Shown here in pieces: positions 38,362 through 50,992 of a stretch of DNA of 64,000 nt; the first letter of the stretch is position 1; each line of letters begins with the position of its first letter. Under the pieces are notes generated by a model. The model was not told the origin of the DNA and did not search any database. It saw nothing but the letters and a program-made list of their open reading frames with translations. Origin of the DNA: an uncultured candidate division Zixibacteria bacterium (lineage in GTDB: Bacteria; Zixibacteria; MSB-5A5; GN15; FEB-12); contig CAWDXE010000007.1 in NCBI GenBank assembly GCA_963806185.1, forward strand, positions 608,001-672,000, given 5' to 3'. A program made the position numbers and the translations under genes.

Positions 38362-39374
38362 ATGTCACTGCTCGACGAGGTTACTCGCTTGGAATCTGAA
38401 GCACTCGAGCGAATCCAGAAAGCGGATTCGCTCGGGTCGCTGAAAGACCTTGAAGTCTACTACCTTGGCCGCAAGGGACCGCTTTCGACGGTTCTCAAAT
38501 CGCTCGGCCAGCTTTCCCTTGAAGAGAAGAAATCGGTCGGCGCCAAGGCCAACCAGGTGCGGATGCATCTCGAGGAAACCTTCGTCCAGGCGGGGTCCCG
38601 CTTCGAACAACCGTCCGAGAAGGAGCTGTTCGATCCCACTCTTCCAGGCACCGGCCAAAGAGCCGGGGCGATGCATGTCACGAACCGGGTGATGGAAGAT
38701 ATCTGTCGTACCTTCTACGGCATGGGGTTTGAGATTGCCCGTGGTCCGCATGTCGAGACCGATTACTACAATTTCGAGTCGTTGAATTTCCCCCCGATCA
38801 TCCAGCCCGCGATATGCAGGATACCTTCTTCGTGGAAGGCGGCCGGCTGCTTCGTACCCACACCACGCCGGTTCAGCCGCGCGAGCTGGAGAAGCGAAAG
38901 CCGCCGGTGAAGATCATTACGCCCGGCAAGACGTTTCGAAACGAAGAAATCACGACCCGCTCCCACGTTTCGTTCCATCAGGTCGACGGGTTCCTGGTCG
39001 ATGAGAGAATTACCATGGCCGACATGAAGGGGAGCATCACCGCCTTCTGTCGCTCGTTCTACGGGGAGAACTTGAAATTGCGCTGGCGGCCGTCGTACTT
39101 TCCATTTACGGAACCATCGGCCGAGGTCGACATTTCCTGCTTCCTTTGCCAGGGGAAGGGGTGTCAGCTCTGCAAGCATGCCGGCTGGCTGGAGATTCTC
39201 GGCTGTGGCATGATTCATCCCAACGTACTGGAAAAGGCCGGGTGGGATTCGGAGAAGTACTCCGGCTACGCTTTTGGCATGGGGGTCGAACGAGTGGCAA
39301 TGCTCAAGTATCGCATGAATGACATTCGCCTGCTGTTTAACAACAACGTGCGCTTCCTGCGGCAGTTTGTCTGA
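38362..39374 (+). CDS. pheS: Phenylalanine--tRNA ligase alpha (frameshift in C-run ~38790)
   Basis: [40 protein letters not shown]. Confidence 0.96.
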
Positions 39375-41755
39375 TGAAAGTATCGTATCTCTGGCTCAGA
39401 GAACTTACCGGCATCGAATGGTCGCCTGACGAGATGGCCAAGCGGATGGTCGCCTGTGGGCTCAACTGCGAGTCTGTTGAATCGACCGCCGTCCACATGA
39501 AGAACGTCGTAGTCGGGCACGTGAAGACCGTTGATCCGGTCGAAGGCGCCTCCAAGATTCGCAAGACGACTGTTGACGTTGGCACCGAAGTCCTTCAGGT
39601 GATTTGCGGAGCGCCGAACGTGGCGGTCGGACAGAAGGTCCCCGTCGCGCTGGTTGGAGCGACCGTCGCCGGCGGACTGGAAATAAAGAAGGCTAAGATT
39701 CGCGGCGTCGAATCCAGCGGCATGATCTGTGCCGAGGATGAACTCGGCATATCCGGCGATCATGGCGGCATCATGGTACTTGATTCATCCGCCGTCATCG
39801 GGCGACCGCTCGTCGATGAACTCGATTTTGACGATTACATTCTGGACGTCGAACTGACGCCCAATCGTGGCGACGCCTGGTCGGCGATCGGCATGGCCCG
39901 CGACCTGGCCGCCGTTGCGGGCGTGAAAGTGCGGCGACCGTCGGTGGAATTGAAGACGTCGAGGGAAAAAGCCTCGTCTCGCATCAGGGTGTCGATAGAC
40001 GACCCTGCTGCCTGTCCTCGCTTCACGGCTCGCGTGATCACAGGAGTAAAAATCGGGCCGTCGCCATGGTGGCTTCGCCGGAGATTGCTCGCTTGCGGTG
40101 TACGGCCCATTTCCAATGTCGTCGATATCACGAATTTTGTCATGCTTGAATGCGGAAATCCGCTTCACGCCTTCGATTTTGACCGTTTCGGCTCCGATCA
40201 TCTGGTAGTTCGTCGCGCCAAGGACAAAGAAAAGCTGACTACGCTTGACGGCAAAGAGCATACGCTGTCACCAGTGGTACTGCTCATCACGAATGCCAAA
40301 GAAGCGTTGGGAGCAGCCGGTGTGATGGGGGGCGCGTCGTCCGAGGTATCCGATTCGACCACAACCGTGTTGCTCGAGGTCGCCTACTTTGACCCGAAAG
40401 TCATCCGTCGAGGTCGCAAGATGATGGACAAGCAGACTGATGCCTCCAACCGGTTTGAACGCGGAGTTGACCCCAACGGACTGGACTACGCATCAAGCCG
40501 CGCGGCGGCGCTTATGTGTGATCTGGCCGGGGGAACGGTTCTTGATGGTCTGGTTGACAACTACCCCACGCGCATCGAGCCGCGCACGGTAATCCTCCGT
40601 CCGGAACGGTGCGATGCGATCCTCGGGGTGAAGAAACCGGTGGCGCGGATGAGAGAGATACTAACCGGGCTTGAATTCACAGTCGAGGGTAATGGCCCGT
40701 TGAAAGTCACCGCCCCGACGTTTCGTCATGACATCGAGAAAGAAATCGATCTCATCGAGGAAATCGCCCGGATCGACGGCTACGACACGATTCCCGGATC
40801 GGTGCACAACACAGGGCCGTTGTTTACTCCGGAGCATCGCGAAGACCTGTTCGAGCATACCGTTCGTCGCCTCATGACCGGCGCCGGTTTCGATGAGATT
40901 CTCGGCCACGGTCTGGCACACAGCAGGCAAGCGACGCTCCTCTATCCGGACCTTCCGCAGCTCAGGGTTCTCAACCCGGTGGCGGAGGATTTGGATATCA
41001 TGCGTAACACGCTGCTGCTGACGTCGCTTGAAGCAGTGGGCCACAATATCTCGCATCGCAATGTGGATTTGCGTCTGTTCGAAATTGGCCGCGCCTATTT
41101 TCCGCCGGTAGACGACGAATTCCGTGAAGATTCGCGCCTTTCGTTGGCGGTGACAGGCAACACGCCGGGCAACTGGCGTGACAAGCCCCGGCCACAGGAT
41201 TTTTATGATCTGACTGGTGCACTGGAGATTCTCGCTAGCCATTATCACTGGCCAAACCTCGAATTCGTGTCATCTGACCATTCCATCTGGGACAAGGGCA
41301 CCGCGTATCGGATCACGGCCGGCGGCAAAGAAATCGGGGTTATCGGCCGACTTCAGTCCGAACTTGGTCGCAAGTTTGACATTAAGCAACCCGTCTATCT
41401 TGCTGAACTACAATTGGATACATTGATGACGATGTGCCGCGAGGGAACTACCTTCCAACCCCTCCCGGTATTTCCGGCGGCCCCGCGCGACCTGGCTCTG
41501 ATAGTTGATCAGTCGGTACGGGTGCAGGAAATCATCTCCACAGTACAGGCGGAGGCGGGCAATCTGGCCGAGGCCGTTCGGGTCTTTGATCTGTACATTG
41601 GCAAACCGATTCCGGCCGGTAAGAAGTCAGTAGGCATTGCCATTACGTACCGGGCGGCGGATAGGTCGCTTTCGGGGGAAGAGGTTGATGCGGTGCAGCA
41701 GAAAGTGGTGGGCAAGCTCAAAGAGAGATATAGTGCGGAACTGAGGGAGGCGTAA
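39374..41755 (+). CDS. pheT: Phenylalanine--tRNA ligase beta
   Basis: ICGAPN, IRGVESSGMIC, TPNRGD, RFERGVD, DLIEEIARI. Confidence 0.97.
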   Translation: MKVSYLWLRELTGIEWSPDEMAKRMVACGLNCESVESTAVHMKNVVVGHVKTVDPVEGASKIRKTTVDVGTEVLQVICGAPNVAVGQKVPVALVGATVAGGLEIKKAKIRGVESSGMICAEDELGISGDHGGIMVLDSSAVIGRPLVDELDFDDYILDVELTPNRGDAWSAIGMARDLAAVAGVKVRRPSVELKTSREKASSRIRVSIDDPAACPRFTARVITGVKIGPSPWWLRRRLLACGVRPISNVVDITNFVMLECGNPLHAFDFDRFGSDHLVVRRAKDKEKLTTLDGKEHTLSPVVLLITNAKEALGAAGVMGGASSEVSDSTTTVLLEVAYFDPKVIRRGRKMMDKQTDASNRFERGVDPNGLDYASSRAAALMCDLAGGTVLDGLVDNYPTRIEPRTVILRPERCDAILGVKKPVARMREILTGLEFTVEGNGPLKVTAPTFRHDIEKEIDLIEEIARIDGYDTIPGSVHNTGPLFTPEHREDLFEHTVRRLMTGAGFDEILGHGLAHSRQATLLYPDLPQLRVLNPVAEDLDIMRNTLLLTSLEAVGHNISHRNVDLRLFEIGRAYFPPVDDEFREDSRLSLAVTGNTPGNWRDKPRPQDFYDLTGALEILASHYHWPNLEFVSSDHSIWDKGTAYRITAGGKEIGVIGRLQSELGRKFDIKQPVYLAELQLDTLMTMCREGTTFQPLPVFPAAPRDLALIVDQSVRVQEIISTVQAEAGNLAEAVRVFDLYIGKPIPAGKKSVGIAITYRAADRSLSGEEVDAVQQKVVGKLKERYSAELREA

Positions 41756-41997
41756 TGTCCGATCGCTTTGACGAGTTGGAGGCCAAGATCAGCAAGATGA
41801 TCGAAATGATTGGCGAACTGCGCCAGGAGAACCGGCGTACGAAGGACGAAAACAAGACGCTGCGGGCCGAGCTCGACGGCGCCCGGCAGCAGGTCGAACA
41901 ACTGAAGTTGCGGCAGAACGACCAGACCGAGACGGTCAAGACCAAGCTGTCGTCGATTCTGGAGCGGATCGAGGAACTGGAGCGGATGGGTTCCTAA
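41755..41997 (+). CDS. ZapB-like coiled-coil protein
   Basis: 80-aa coiled coil between pheT and zapA. Confidence 0.7.
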   Translation: MSDRFDELEAKISKMIEMIGELRQENRRTKDENKTLRAELDGARQQVEQLKLRQNDQTETVKTKLSSILERIEELERMGS

Positions 41998-42097
41998 CAT
42001 TCCCCTTGACGAAATCTTTAGAATACCCGTTCTTTTTCCGTAATAGTTAGTGGGTTAAGGAAATACAGCCGAATCGGGATATAGATCTATACCTGAC

Positions 42098-42406
42098 ATG
42101 TCTGTGCAGCACGAAGAAAACAAGGTTGTCGTCGAAATACTGGGGGAGACCTATCCGGTAACCTCAGATGTCGACCCGGCACACATCGAACGGGTAGCTA
42201 AAATGGTTGACCAGCGGATGCAGGAGATGGCTTTCTCGAGCCGTTCCAAAGCCCGCGATCGCATCGCCATTCTTACCGCTCTTTCGTTTGCATCCGAGTT
42301 ATTGGATAAATCCGGTAATCTTGACCAGATCGAACAGGTTTCAGCTGATCGTCTGGACTCCATGCTCACGCGTCTTGAGGATGCTCTCGGTGGCAATGCC
42401 CACTGA
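42098..42406 (+). CDS. zapA: Cell division protein ZapA
   Basis: VEILGETYPV..VAKMVDQRM..IAILTAL; pheT-zapA-rny synteny. Confidence 0.88.
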   Translation: MSVQHEENKVVVEILGETYPVTSDVDPAHIERVAKMVDQRMQEMAFSSRSKARDRIAILTALSFASELLDKSGNLDQIEQVSADRLDSMLTRLEDALGGNAH

Positions 42407-42507
42407 GAGGACCGCACGGCGTCATTCGTCTGTTTTCTTCCCGACCCCAATTTAACCATACACTGCGGAACGCTCGGTGAGCTGTACTTACCGGGTGGGA
42501 GGAACCG

Positions 42508-44073
<1,566 letters not shown>

Positions 44074-44097
44074 ATAGTTCTTTGACGGATCTTCTAC

Positions 44098-44129
44098 AAG
44101 CCCCGCCGTCCGGCGGGGCTTTCTTCTTT
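44098..44129 (+). terminator. Rho-independent terminator
   Basis: AAGCCCCGCCG-TC-CGGCGGGGCTT plus T-rich tail. Confidence 0.85.
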
Positions 44130-44335
44130 GGGGCAATGTCGTTCCGATGTTCGGCCGCCCAACGTCGTCATTACACCTGTATGACTTTACCCGAGCGGTG
44201 AAACGGCGAGATATGTGCGGTGTCCGCAAAAAGGGGAAGAAAATAGTTGACATAAAGAGGCATTATTACATCTTAGTGATATAGGTGTATGATTTGTCTA
44301 ATGGCGTTCAAAGCAATCCGCTATGGGGTACCACC

Positions 44336-47212
44336 ATGCATTGTACTCGCTTCACATTCGTACTCGGCGTGCTGTTGATACTTGCCTCGTCGAGTTGGGG
44401 GCAGGTCGCGAATCCTGAAAATGGACACCAGTATCTTCTGGTGGGCGGAGGTTATACCTGGTATCAGGCCAATGATTCGGCACAGAAGTTGGGAGGCTAC
44501 CTGGTATCGATTACCAGTGCTTCGGAGCAGTCCTTTGTCGAATCACTCATCTATCCTGAAGGAGTATTCTGGATAGGCGCCACCGACAGTCTGAATGAAG
44601 GCGACTGGGTCTGGACCTCCGGAGAATCGTGGGGGTACACCAACTGGCACAGTGGAGAGCCGAGCAACTCGAGCGGTATCGAGAATTTTGCGACGGTTAT
44701 GACCAGGCTCGGGTACACCGGCCAGTGGAACGACTATGGCGCATTGGGAAGTGCTGCGTTCATAGTTGAGTGGGGATCACCTGTCACTCCGAACGCCGTA
44801 AACATCAACTTCGGTCCTGACGCATTGGGGGATAATGTTTTCACGCAGACCCCTACAATCTTCTGGACATACTACGACGATCCCGCATCTACTCAGGTGG
44901 AATTCGAAATTCAGGTCGGTACCGACCAGGACTGGACGTCAGCGGAGATGTGGACTCCCGGACCGGTTACTTCATCCGACACCAGTGTTGTTTACGCCGG
45001 CGCGACGCTCGAGATGCCCGGCACCTACTATCTCCGCCTGCGCGTGAACAACGGTACGGCCTGGGGCGATTGGCGATACGCCACGATGCACGTAGTCGAG
45101 TCCGCCCGCGTACTCATCGTTCCGGATGATTACGCCACGATTTCGGAGGCGTTCGCCGCTGCCAATGCGTTCGACTCAGTAATGCTCCGGCCGGGCGTCT
45201 ATTCCGGGCCGGGATTCATCGGTCTCAGTCTGCCGAACCGACCGATCACGCTGTATTCGGAGAGCGGTCCGGCCGTCACGGTGCTGGACGCCGCAGGGGA
45301 CCGCAACTACTTCCTCAAGGCTGACAACGGGGCGGATTCCTTGACAGTTATCCGCGGAATCTCGTTTATCAATGCTGATTCCACGGCCGTGATACTCTAC
45401 AACTCGGCCCCGATAATTGCAAATTGCGTGTTTAATGGAAACCAGACCGACGGCAAGGGCACAGCTATATCGTTGTATTATTCTAATCTCCCGATTATTC
45501 GTAATTGTACGTTTGAGAGCAATATCTCGTCTTGGTGTGGTGGGGCCCTGTCGTTTGACCGCTCTGAAACGCCGAAGGTTCAGGATTGTCGCTTTGTCGC
45601 CAACCAGGCGCCCTACGGCGGCGCAGCAATCTCGGTATACAGCGATGTGACCTTCACGCGCTGCCTCTTCCAGTACAATTCCGCATCAGGTGATGGTGCT
45701 GCATCATACAACCAGAACTCAGGCATTCATCGGTTTGACAACTGCACGTTTTATGCGAATGGTGGCACGAGTGCCAGCAGTTCGGTCATCAGGGCGCTGG
45801 AGAACGTGTACATAAGCAACTCGATCATTACTGCGACTACGCTGGGTCGTGCGATAAACGCGTCCGGCGGACCGGTGAGTCTGTCGTGCACGGATATCTA
45901 TGGCAACGCCAACGGCGACTGGACGTCGGATATTGAGGCACAACAGCATATTGACGGCAATTTCTCGCTTGATCCGCTTATTTGCGATCAATCGCTGGCC
46001 TCGATTCCGGAGACTTCACCGTGTGCCCCCGCCAACAACTCCTGCGGAGTGTTAATCGGTGCAGGTACGGTGGGCTGCCCGAGTGTCTTGGTAAATGCGG
46101 TTTCCATTGACGGTGTGGCGATGAATTCACATGTCATTACCGAATCTCCGCTATTTGAGTGGTCGTCCTCGGCCGCGGCGCAGACGGAATTCGAAATCGC
46201 CATCGGGACCGACAACAGCTGGGGTATCGCCGAAATGTGGGCGCCGCCGGTGTTCGTGTCGGCCAGCCAATCAGTGACGTATGCCGGACTGTCGCTCAGC
46301 GACGGGACCAAGTACTATGGCCGGCTCAGAGTCTCGGATGGCACGGAGTGGTCTGCGTGGTATAGTTTCAACTTCCGCACCAATGCTGCACCGAGCACGC
46401 CGGTTCGGGTGAGCCCCGGACTCGGTGTGTGGACCACGCTTACGCCTGTCCTGACGGTCAGTGGAGTCGTTGACGACTCCGGAGAAACAATCTCCTATGA
46501 TTTCCAGGTGTTTACTGATTCACTCTCCTCATCTCCGGCAGCTCAGGTTTCCGGACTTCCCGGTGGTACCGGCACTTTCTGGACAGTCTCACCCGGCCTT
46601 TCTGACAACACGGCCTATTACTGGCGGGCCCGCGCGTACGACGGCTTTGAATACTCGCCTTGGGGTGCGTTTGCCTGGTTCGGTACCAATACGGCGCCTG
46701 AAGCTCCACAGATGTTTGGCCTCATTTCGCCGCCGGTGCAAGCCGGAAAGCCCGTCTACACGCTGTTGCCGGAGTTCGACTGGCAAGCGGCGGTCGATCC
46801 CGACCCGTTCGATTCCGTCAGCTACACGCTCGAATTGGCCACGGATCCAGGCTTCTTGTTCAAGATTCAGGTCGAATCCCTGAAGGCTATCACCTGGACG
46901 ACAGCCGATTCGCTCTCCCCGAATCTTCACTACTGGTGGCGAGTGACGGCACGCGACAAGACGAACCGCCTCGTTGTGGCAACCCCCAGGAACTTCTGGA
47001 CCTGGGCGTCGGGCGACTGCGACGGAAACCAAAACGTCGATATCGGAGATATATCGGCTATGGTCGACGCGCTGTTTATGTCGGCGGTAATGCCGGAACT
47101 GCATCTCATGTACGACGTAAATGGTGATTGCATAGTGGACATAGAAGACCTGACCGTGCTGGTCAGACACCTCTTTATCAGTTTTGAGCCGCTAAAGCCT
47201 GGTTGTCAGTAA
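44336..47212 (+). CDS. Secreted multidomain protein: C-type lectin, FN3-like repeats, right-handed beta-helix, C-terminal dockerin
   Basis: Signal peptide; GGYLVSITSASEQ..WIG..EGDWVW..YTNW..GEP..WND; NCxFxxN repeats; GDCDGNQNVDIGD...DVNGDCIVDIEDL. Confidence 0.85.
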   Translation: MHCTRFTFVLGVLLILASSSWGQVANPENGHQYLLVGGGYTWYQANDSAQKLGGYLVSITSASEQSFVESLIYPEGVFWIGATDSLNEGDWVWTSGESWGYTNWHSGEPSNSSGIENFATVMTRLGYTGQWNDYGALGSAAFIVEWGSPVTPNAVNINFGPDALGDNVFTQTPTIFWTYYDDPASTQVEFEIQVGTDQDWTSAEMWTPGPVTSSDTSVVYAGATLEMPGTYYLRLRVNNGTAWGDWRYATMHVVESARVLIVPDDYATISEAFAAANAFDSVMLRPGVYSGPGFIGLSLPNRPITLYSESGPAVTVLDAAGDRNYFLKADNGADSLTVIRGISFINADSTAVILYNSAPIIANCVFNGNQTDGKGTAISLYYSNLPIIRNCTFESNISSWCGGALSFDRSETPKVQDCRFVANQAPYGGAAISVYSDVTFTRCLFQYNSASGDGAASYNQNSGIHRFDNCTFYANGGTSASSSVIRALENVYISNSIITATTLGRAINASGGPVSLSCTDIYGNANGDWTSDIEAQQHIDGNFSLDPLICDQSLASIPETSPCAPANNSCGVLIGAGTVGCPSVLVNAVSIDGVAMNSHVITESPLFEWSSSAAAQTEFEIAIGTDNSWGIAEMWAPPVFVSASQSVTYAGLSLSDGTKYYGRLRVSDGTEWSAWYSFNFRTNAAPSTPVRVSPGLGVWTTLTPVLTVSGVVDDSGETISYDFQVFTDSLSSSPAAQVSGLPGGTGTFWTVSPGLSDNTAYYWRARAYDGFEYSPWGAFAWFGTNTAPEAPQMFGLISPPVQAGKPVYTLLPEFDWQAAVDPDPFDSVSYTLELATDPGFLFKIQVESLKAITWTTADSLSPNLHYWWRVTARDKTNRLVVATPRNFWTWASGDCDGNQNVDIGDISAMVDALFMSAVMPELHLMYDVNGDCIVDIEDLTVLVRHLFISFEPLKPGCQ

Positions 47213-47244
47213 GGCGATCGACAACCACACCATTGCACAACTAC

Positions 47245-47280
47245 GGGAGCGTCGCGTTGGCGGCGCTCCCTTTCTTTTGT
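47245..47280 (+). terminator. Rho-independent terminator
   Basis: GGGAGCGTCGC-GTTG-GCGGCGCTCCC then TTTCTTTT. Confidence 0.85.
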
Positions 47281-47421
47281 TGTCCCCCGCTACCCGCGCG
47301 CTGTCGGGAGGGGGACTTTTAGCTTGATTTTGGCGCCTCAGACCGCCTTATATAGCCAGTTACAGCACAAAGTTGTCCCTTCTGCGCTTGGCTAAGACGT
47401 GATGTCCGGAACGGTGAACGG

Positions 47422-47916
47422 GTGATTATATTGGGTATTGACCCCGGTTTGAATATAACCGGTTACGGCCTTCTTGATTGGGTCGACGGGCAGGCCCGGC
47501 TGTTGGAGGGCGGAGTCATCCGCACTGACGACCACAATTCGATGGCCGAGCGCTTGTGTGAAATTGGCCGGGAGTTGGAAGGAATCATGACTCAGTTTGC
47601 GCCGGAGGTGGTGGCGCTGGAAGAGCTGTACTCGCATTATGCCCATCCGAAAACCGCTATTATTATGGGGCACGCGCGAGGAATAGTGTTTCTGAAGGCG
47701 GCGGAGGCGGGAATACCGGTCCACTCCTACGCCGCGACAAAAGTGAAGAAATCGCTCACCGGTAACGGACAGGCGACAAAAGCGCAGATGCAACGCATGA
47801 TTACATCGAGCCTGCTGCTCAAAGTTGTTCCGGAACCTCCGGATGCGGCCGATGCCTTGGCTGTGGCGTTGTGTCACTGTCGGGTGTTGGCGCAGGAAAG
47901 GGCGACCAGGCGATGA
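47422..47916 (+). CDS. ruvC: Holliday junction resolvase RuvC
   Basis: ILGIDPG..TGYG, GHARG, DAADALAVALCH. Confidence 0.95.
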   Translation: MIILGIDPGLNITGYGLLDWVDGQARLLEGGVIRTDDHNSMAERLCEIGRELEGIMTQFAPEVVALEELYSHYAHPKTAIIMGHARGIVFLKAAEAGIPVHSYAATKVKKSLTGNGQATKAQMQRMITSSLLLKVVPEPPDAADALAVALCHCRVLAQERATRR

Positions 47917-48569
47917 TTAGTCGTATTAGCGGCGTATTGGTATCGGTCGGCGAGCAATCGGCGCTGATCGAGAATCACGGCCTTTCGTATGAAGTCCTGG
48001 TGCCGTCGGGACTGGCTGGACGGCTGAAGGATCGGGGGCAGGTCGGCCAACCGATAAGTTTCGAGACGATCTACTACATCGAAGCGGGCGACATGAAGTC
48101 GAGTCATTACCCGCGTCTGGTGGGATTCACCGAACCGGTCGAACGGGAGTTCTTCTCGCTGTTTACGCAAGTGTCTGGACTGGGGGTAAAGAAGGCCCTC
48201 AAATGCCTGGTGCTTCCGATTCGCGATATCGCGGCGGCGATCGAAACCAAAGATCCGGCCACGCTGAGCCGCCTGCCCGGAATTGGCGCGCGCCTGGCGG
48301 AAAAGATTATCGCCGAATTGAACGGCAAGATGGCGAAATTCGCCCTTTCGAAAATCGAGGAACCGCTGGCCATTCGCGAAAGGGTGACTTCACCGTTCCT
48401 GGACGAGGCGGTGGAAGTGCTGGTCCAACTTCAGTACAAGCGAGCCGAAGCGTTGGAGATGGTCAACCATGCGGTGAAGGCGAATCCCGGGATACAAAAA
48501 GTTGAGGACCTGATCACCGTGGTGTTTCGCAATGAGCAAAAATCACAAAAGGCGAAGGTGAGTTCGTAA
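47913..48569 (+). CDS. ruvA: Holliday junction branch migration protein RuvA
   Basis: MISRISG, GLSYEV, HhH VSGLGVKKA and LPGIGARLAEKI. Confidence 0.92.
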   Translation: MISRISGVLVSVGEQSALIENHGLSYEVLVPSGLAGRLKDRGQVGQPISFETIYYIEAGDMKSSHYPRLVGFTEPVEREFFSLFTQVSGLGVKKALKCLVLPIRDIAAAIETKDPATLSRLPGIGARLAEKIIAELNGKMAKFALSKIEEPLAIRERVTSPFLDEAVEVLVQLQYKRAEALEMVNHAVKANPGIQKVEDLITVVFRNEQKSQKAKVSS

Positions 48570-48570
48570 G

Positions 48571-49599
48571 GTGGCACGCGAACGAATTGTCTCAGGCGCA
48601 CAGCTCGGGCCGGAAGAAGATCTGGTCCAGTTCTCGCTACGGCCCAAAACGCTCAAGGAGTATATCGGCCAGCGTGAGCTGAAGGAAAAATTATTTGTAT
48701 TGCTCGAAGCGGCTCGAGGGCGCAGCGAGGCCATCGAGCATGTATTACTTTATGGCCCTCCCGGACTCGGCAAGACGACATTGGCGCACATCATCGCTCA
48801 CGAAATGGGCTCGCGTATCGTCTCGACATCCGGCCCGTCGCTCCAGCGCACCGGCGACCTGATGGGGATTCTGACCAATCTGGAAGATCGCGACATTCTG
48901 TTTATCGATGAAATCCACCGGTTGTCGCCGATAGTCGAAGAATTCATCTACCCGGCCATGGAAGACTTCAAGGTGGATTTCGTGGTGGACAAAGGCGCTT
49001 TTGCCAAGGTGATCAATGTGCCTTTGAAGCGATTTACACTGGTCGGCGCCACCACGCGGGCGGGCATGCTCTCGGCGCCCCTACGCGACCGTTTTGGACT
49101 GCACTACCATCTGGATTTCTATCCGGTCGCAGATCTCGAGGAGATCATTCTGCGGTCTGCGGACCTGCTGGAGATCAAGATCGATCGCGAATCGGCGGCA
49201 GCGATAGCCGGCCGGTCTCGAGGAACCCCGCGAATCGCCAACCGATTGTTGCGGCGAGTACGTGATTGGGCGGCGGTGAAGGCGAACGGCAATCTCGACA
49301 CTGGTATTGCCTTCAGGGCTCTTGATGCCGAGGGTATCGACGTCAACGGACTGGACGAACTCGACCGTAAATTCCTTCGCATTATCATCGAATATTACAA
49401 GGGGGGGCCGGTGGGGATTGAGGCGCTCGGAGCCACCCTAAACGAGGAGATCGACACGCTCGTCGACATGGTCGAGCCGTACTTATTGAAGATTGGTTTT
49501 GTTCAACGCACAAAGCGAGGGCGGATGACGTCGCCTGAGGCCGCCCGGCACCTGGGATTGAAGATTGCCGGCGGCAACGCGCAGGAGAGTCTATTCTGA
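48571..49599 (+). CDS. ruvB: Holliday junction helicase RuvB
   Basis: LRPKTLKEYIGQ, GPPGLGKTTLA, FIDEIHRL, RGTPRIANRLLRRVRD. Confidence 0.98.
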   Translation: MARERIVSGAQLGPEEDLVQFSLRPKTLKEYIGQRELKEKLFVLLEAARGRSEAIEHVLLYGPPGLGKTTLAHIIAHEMGSRIVSTSGPSLQRTGDLMGILTNLEDRDILFIDEIHRLSPIVEEFIYPAMEDFKVDFVVDKGAFAKVINVPLKRFTLVGATTRAGMLSAPLRDRFGLHYHLDFYPVADLEEIILRSADLLEIKIDRESAAAIAGRSRGTPRIANRLLRRVRDWAAVKANGNLDTGIAFRALDAEGIDVNGLDELDRKFLRIIIEYYKGGPVGIEALGATLNEEIDTLVDMVEPYLLKIGFVQRTKRGRMTSPEAARHLGLKIAGGNAQESLF

Positions 49600-49886
49600 T
49601 GAACGATTACGCCTCATTTGAAGAGCTTCTCCGTTCAACGGGTGCTCCCTTTACCGGCGATGCGAATGCTCTGGGGACCGTAGCCGTGTTATTGACGGAG
49701 ACTCTGCGTCATCGCGATCGGTTGCGTCAGGAAAAGGGGTATGTCCTGACGGTCGAGGATACCCGTGTCGCCCTCGACACCGTGGCGAACCATCTGAGCG
49801 GAAGTTGCAAGGCCGGACAGCCGCTTACGCCGGAACAGGCGATGCTCGTCCATATCTATCTCCAGAGACTCACGTCGATTGTCTGA
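49599..49886 (+). CDS. Hypothetical protein
   Basis: TGATG overlap with ruvB; fills the gap to queA. Confidence 0.6.
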   Translation: MNDYASFEELLRSTGAPFTGDANALGTVAVLLTETLRHRDRLRQEKGYVLTVEDTRVALDTVANHLSGSCKAGQPLTPEQAMLVHIYLQRLTSIV

Positions 49887-49900
49887 CACGTTATTTTGCC

Positions 49901-50948
49901 GTGAAACTCGAAGACTTCGATTATCATCTCCCACCGGAGCTCATTGCTCAGTATCCGCCTGAACATCGGGGCGCATCTCGATTGCTGGTTTATGATCGTC
50001 GCAGTGGGCAGACGACTCACACCGCGTTTCCGAAGATTACCGAGTATCTGAAGAAGGGGGACGCCCTGGTGGTCAATAACACCAAGGTATTTAAGGCCCG
50101 GCTCTGGGGGCACCGTGCCACCGGCGGTCGAGTGGAGGTGTTTCTGGTCAGGAAACTGCCCGCTGAGACCGGGCGAGGCGAGCAATGGGAAGCGCTGGTG
50201 TCACCCTCGCGGCGAGTGAAGGAGGGGGAGAGAATTCACTTCGATGATCGCCAATACGTCATTTTGGATCAATTTCTGCATGAGGGTTCGTGGCTTGTCC
50301 GCTTTGAATCTCGTTCGCAACGAGTGAAGGCGGTGCGTGAATTTGGCCATATGCCGTTGCCGCCTTACATCCGTCGCGAAGATGCCCCGACCGATCTGCG
50401 CCGTTATCAGACCGTTTTTGCTGGCCGCACCCATGAGGGGGCGGTGGCAGCACCGACGGCCGGCCTGCATTTCACGCGAGACTCTGCTCGACGAGATTGC
50501 GGCAAAGGGGGTCAGCCTGATTGAACTGACGCTTCATGTCGGGCCGGGCACGTTTAAGCCGATTTCGGTTGAGCATATTGAGGATCACGTTGTGGATCCG
50601 GAGTTTGCCGAGCTTACACCGTTGGCCGCGACGACTCTCAACCGGGTGCGCCGAAGGGGCGGGAGGGTGTTTGCCGTGGGGACAACGTCGGTACGTACGC
50701 TGGAGGGAGCGCCAAATGCAGACGGACAGGTGCAGCCATTTACGGGCATGATTGATCTATATGTTCGGCCCGGCTTCAATTTCCGAGTGGTCGATAATCT
50801 CATTACTAATTTTCATCTGCCCAAGTCGTCACTTCTGGTACTGGTGAGTGCGCTTATCGGTCATGATCGGCTGATGGAGCTTTATCGTGCGGCAATCGAC
50901 GAGCGGTACCGTTTCTACTCATATGGCGACGCGATGCTGATTCTATAA
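49901..50948 (+). CDS. queA: S-adenosylmethionine:tRNA ribosyltransferase-isomerase (frameshift ~50478)
   Basis: FDYHLPPELIAQYP, PLPPYI, AAPTAGLHF | TLHVGPGTF, TNFHLPKS, YRFYSYGDAM. Confidence 0.95.
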
Positions 50949-50992
50949 AATGCTTTCGCCCCGGTACGGGCAGAGTCTATATTCCCGACATC

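Noticed and set aside
42407..42507. 6S RNA, often found after zapA
   Set aside because: Only ~100 nt is available and no long rod-like pairing is visible; 6S RNA is about 180 nt
44400..44780. DGR target because of the C-type lectin fold
   Set aside because: The domain is N-terminal, and no template repeat or reverse transcriptase is in the window
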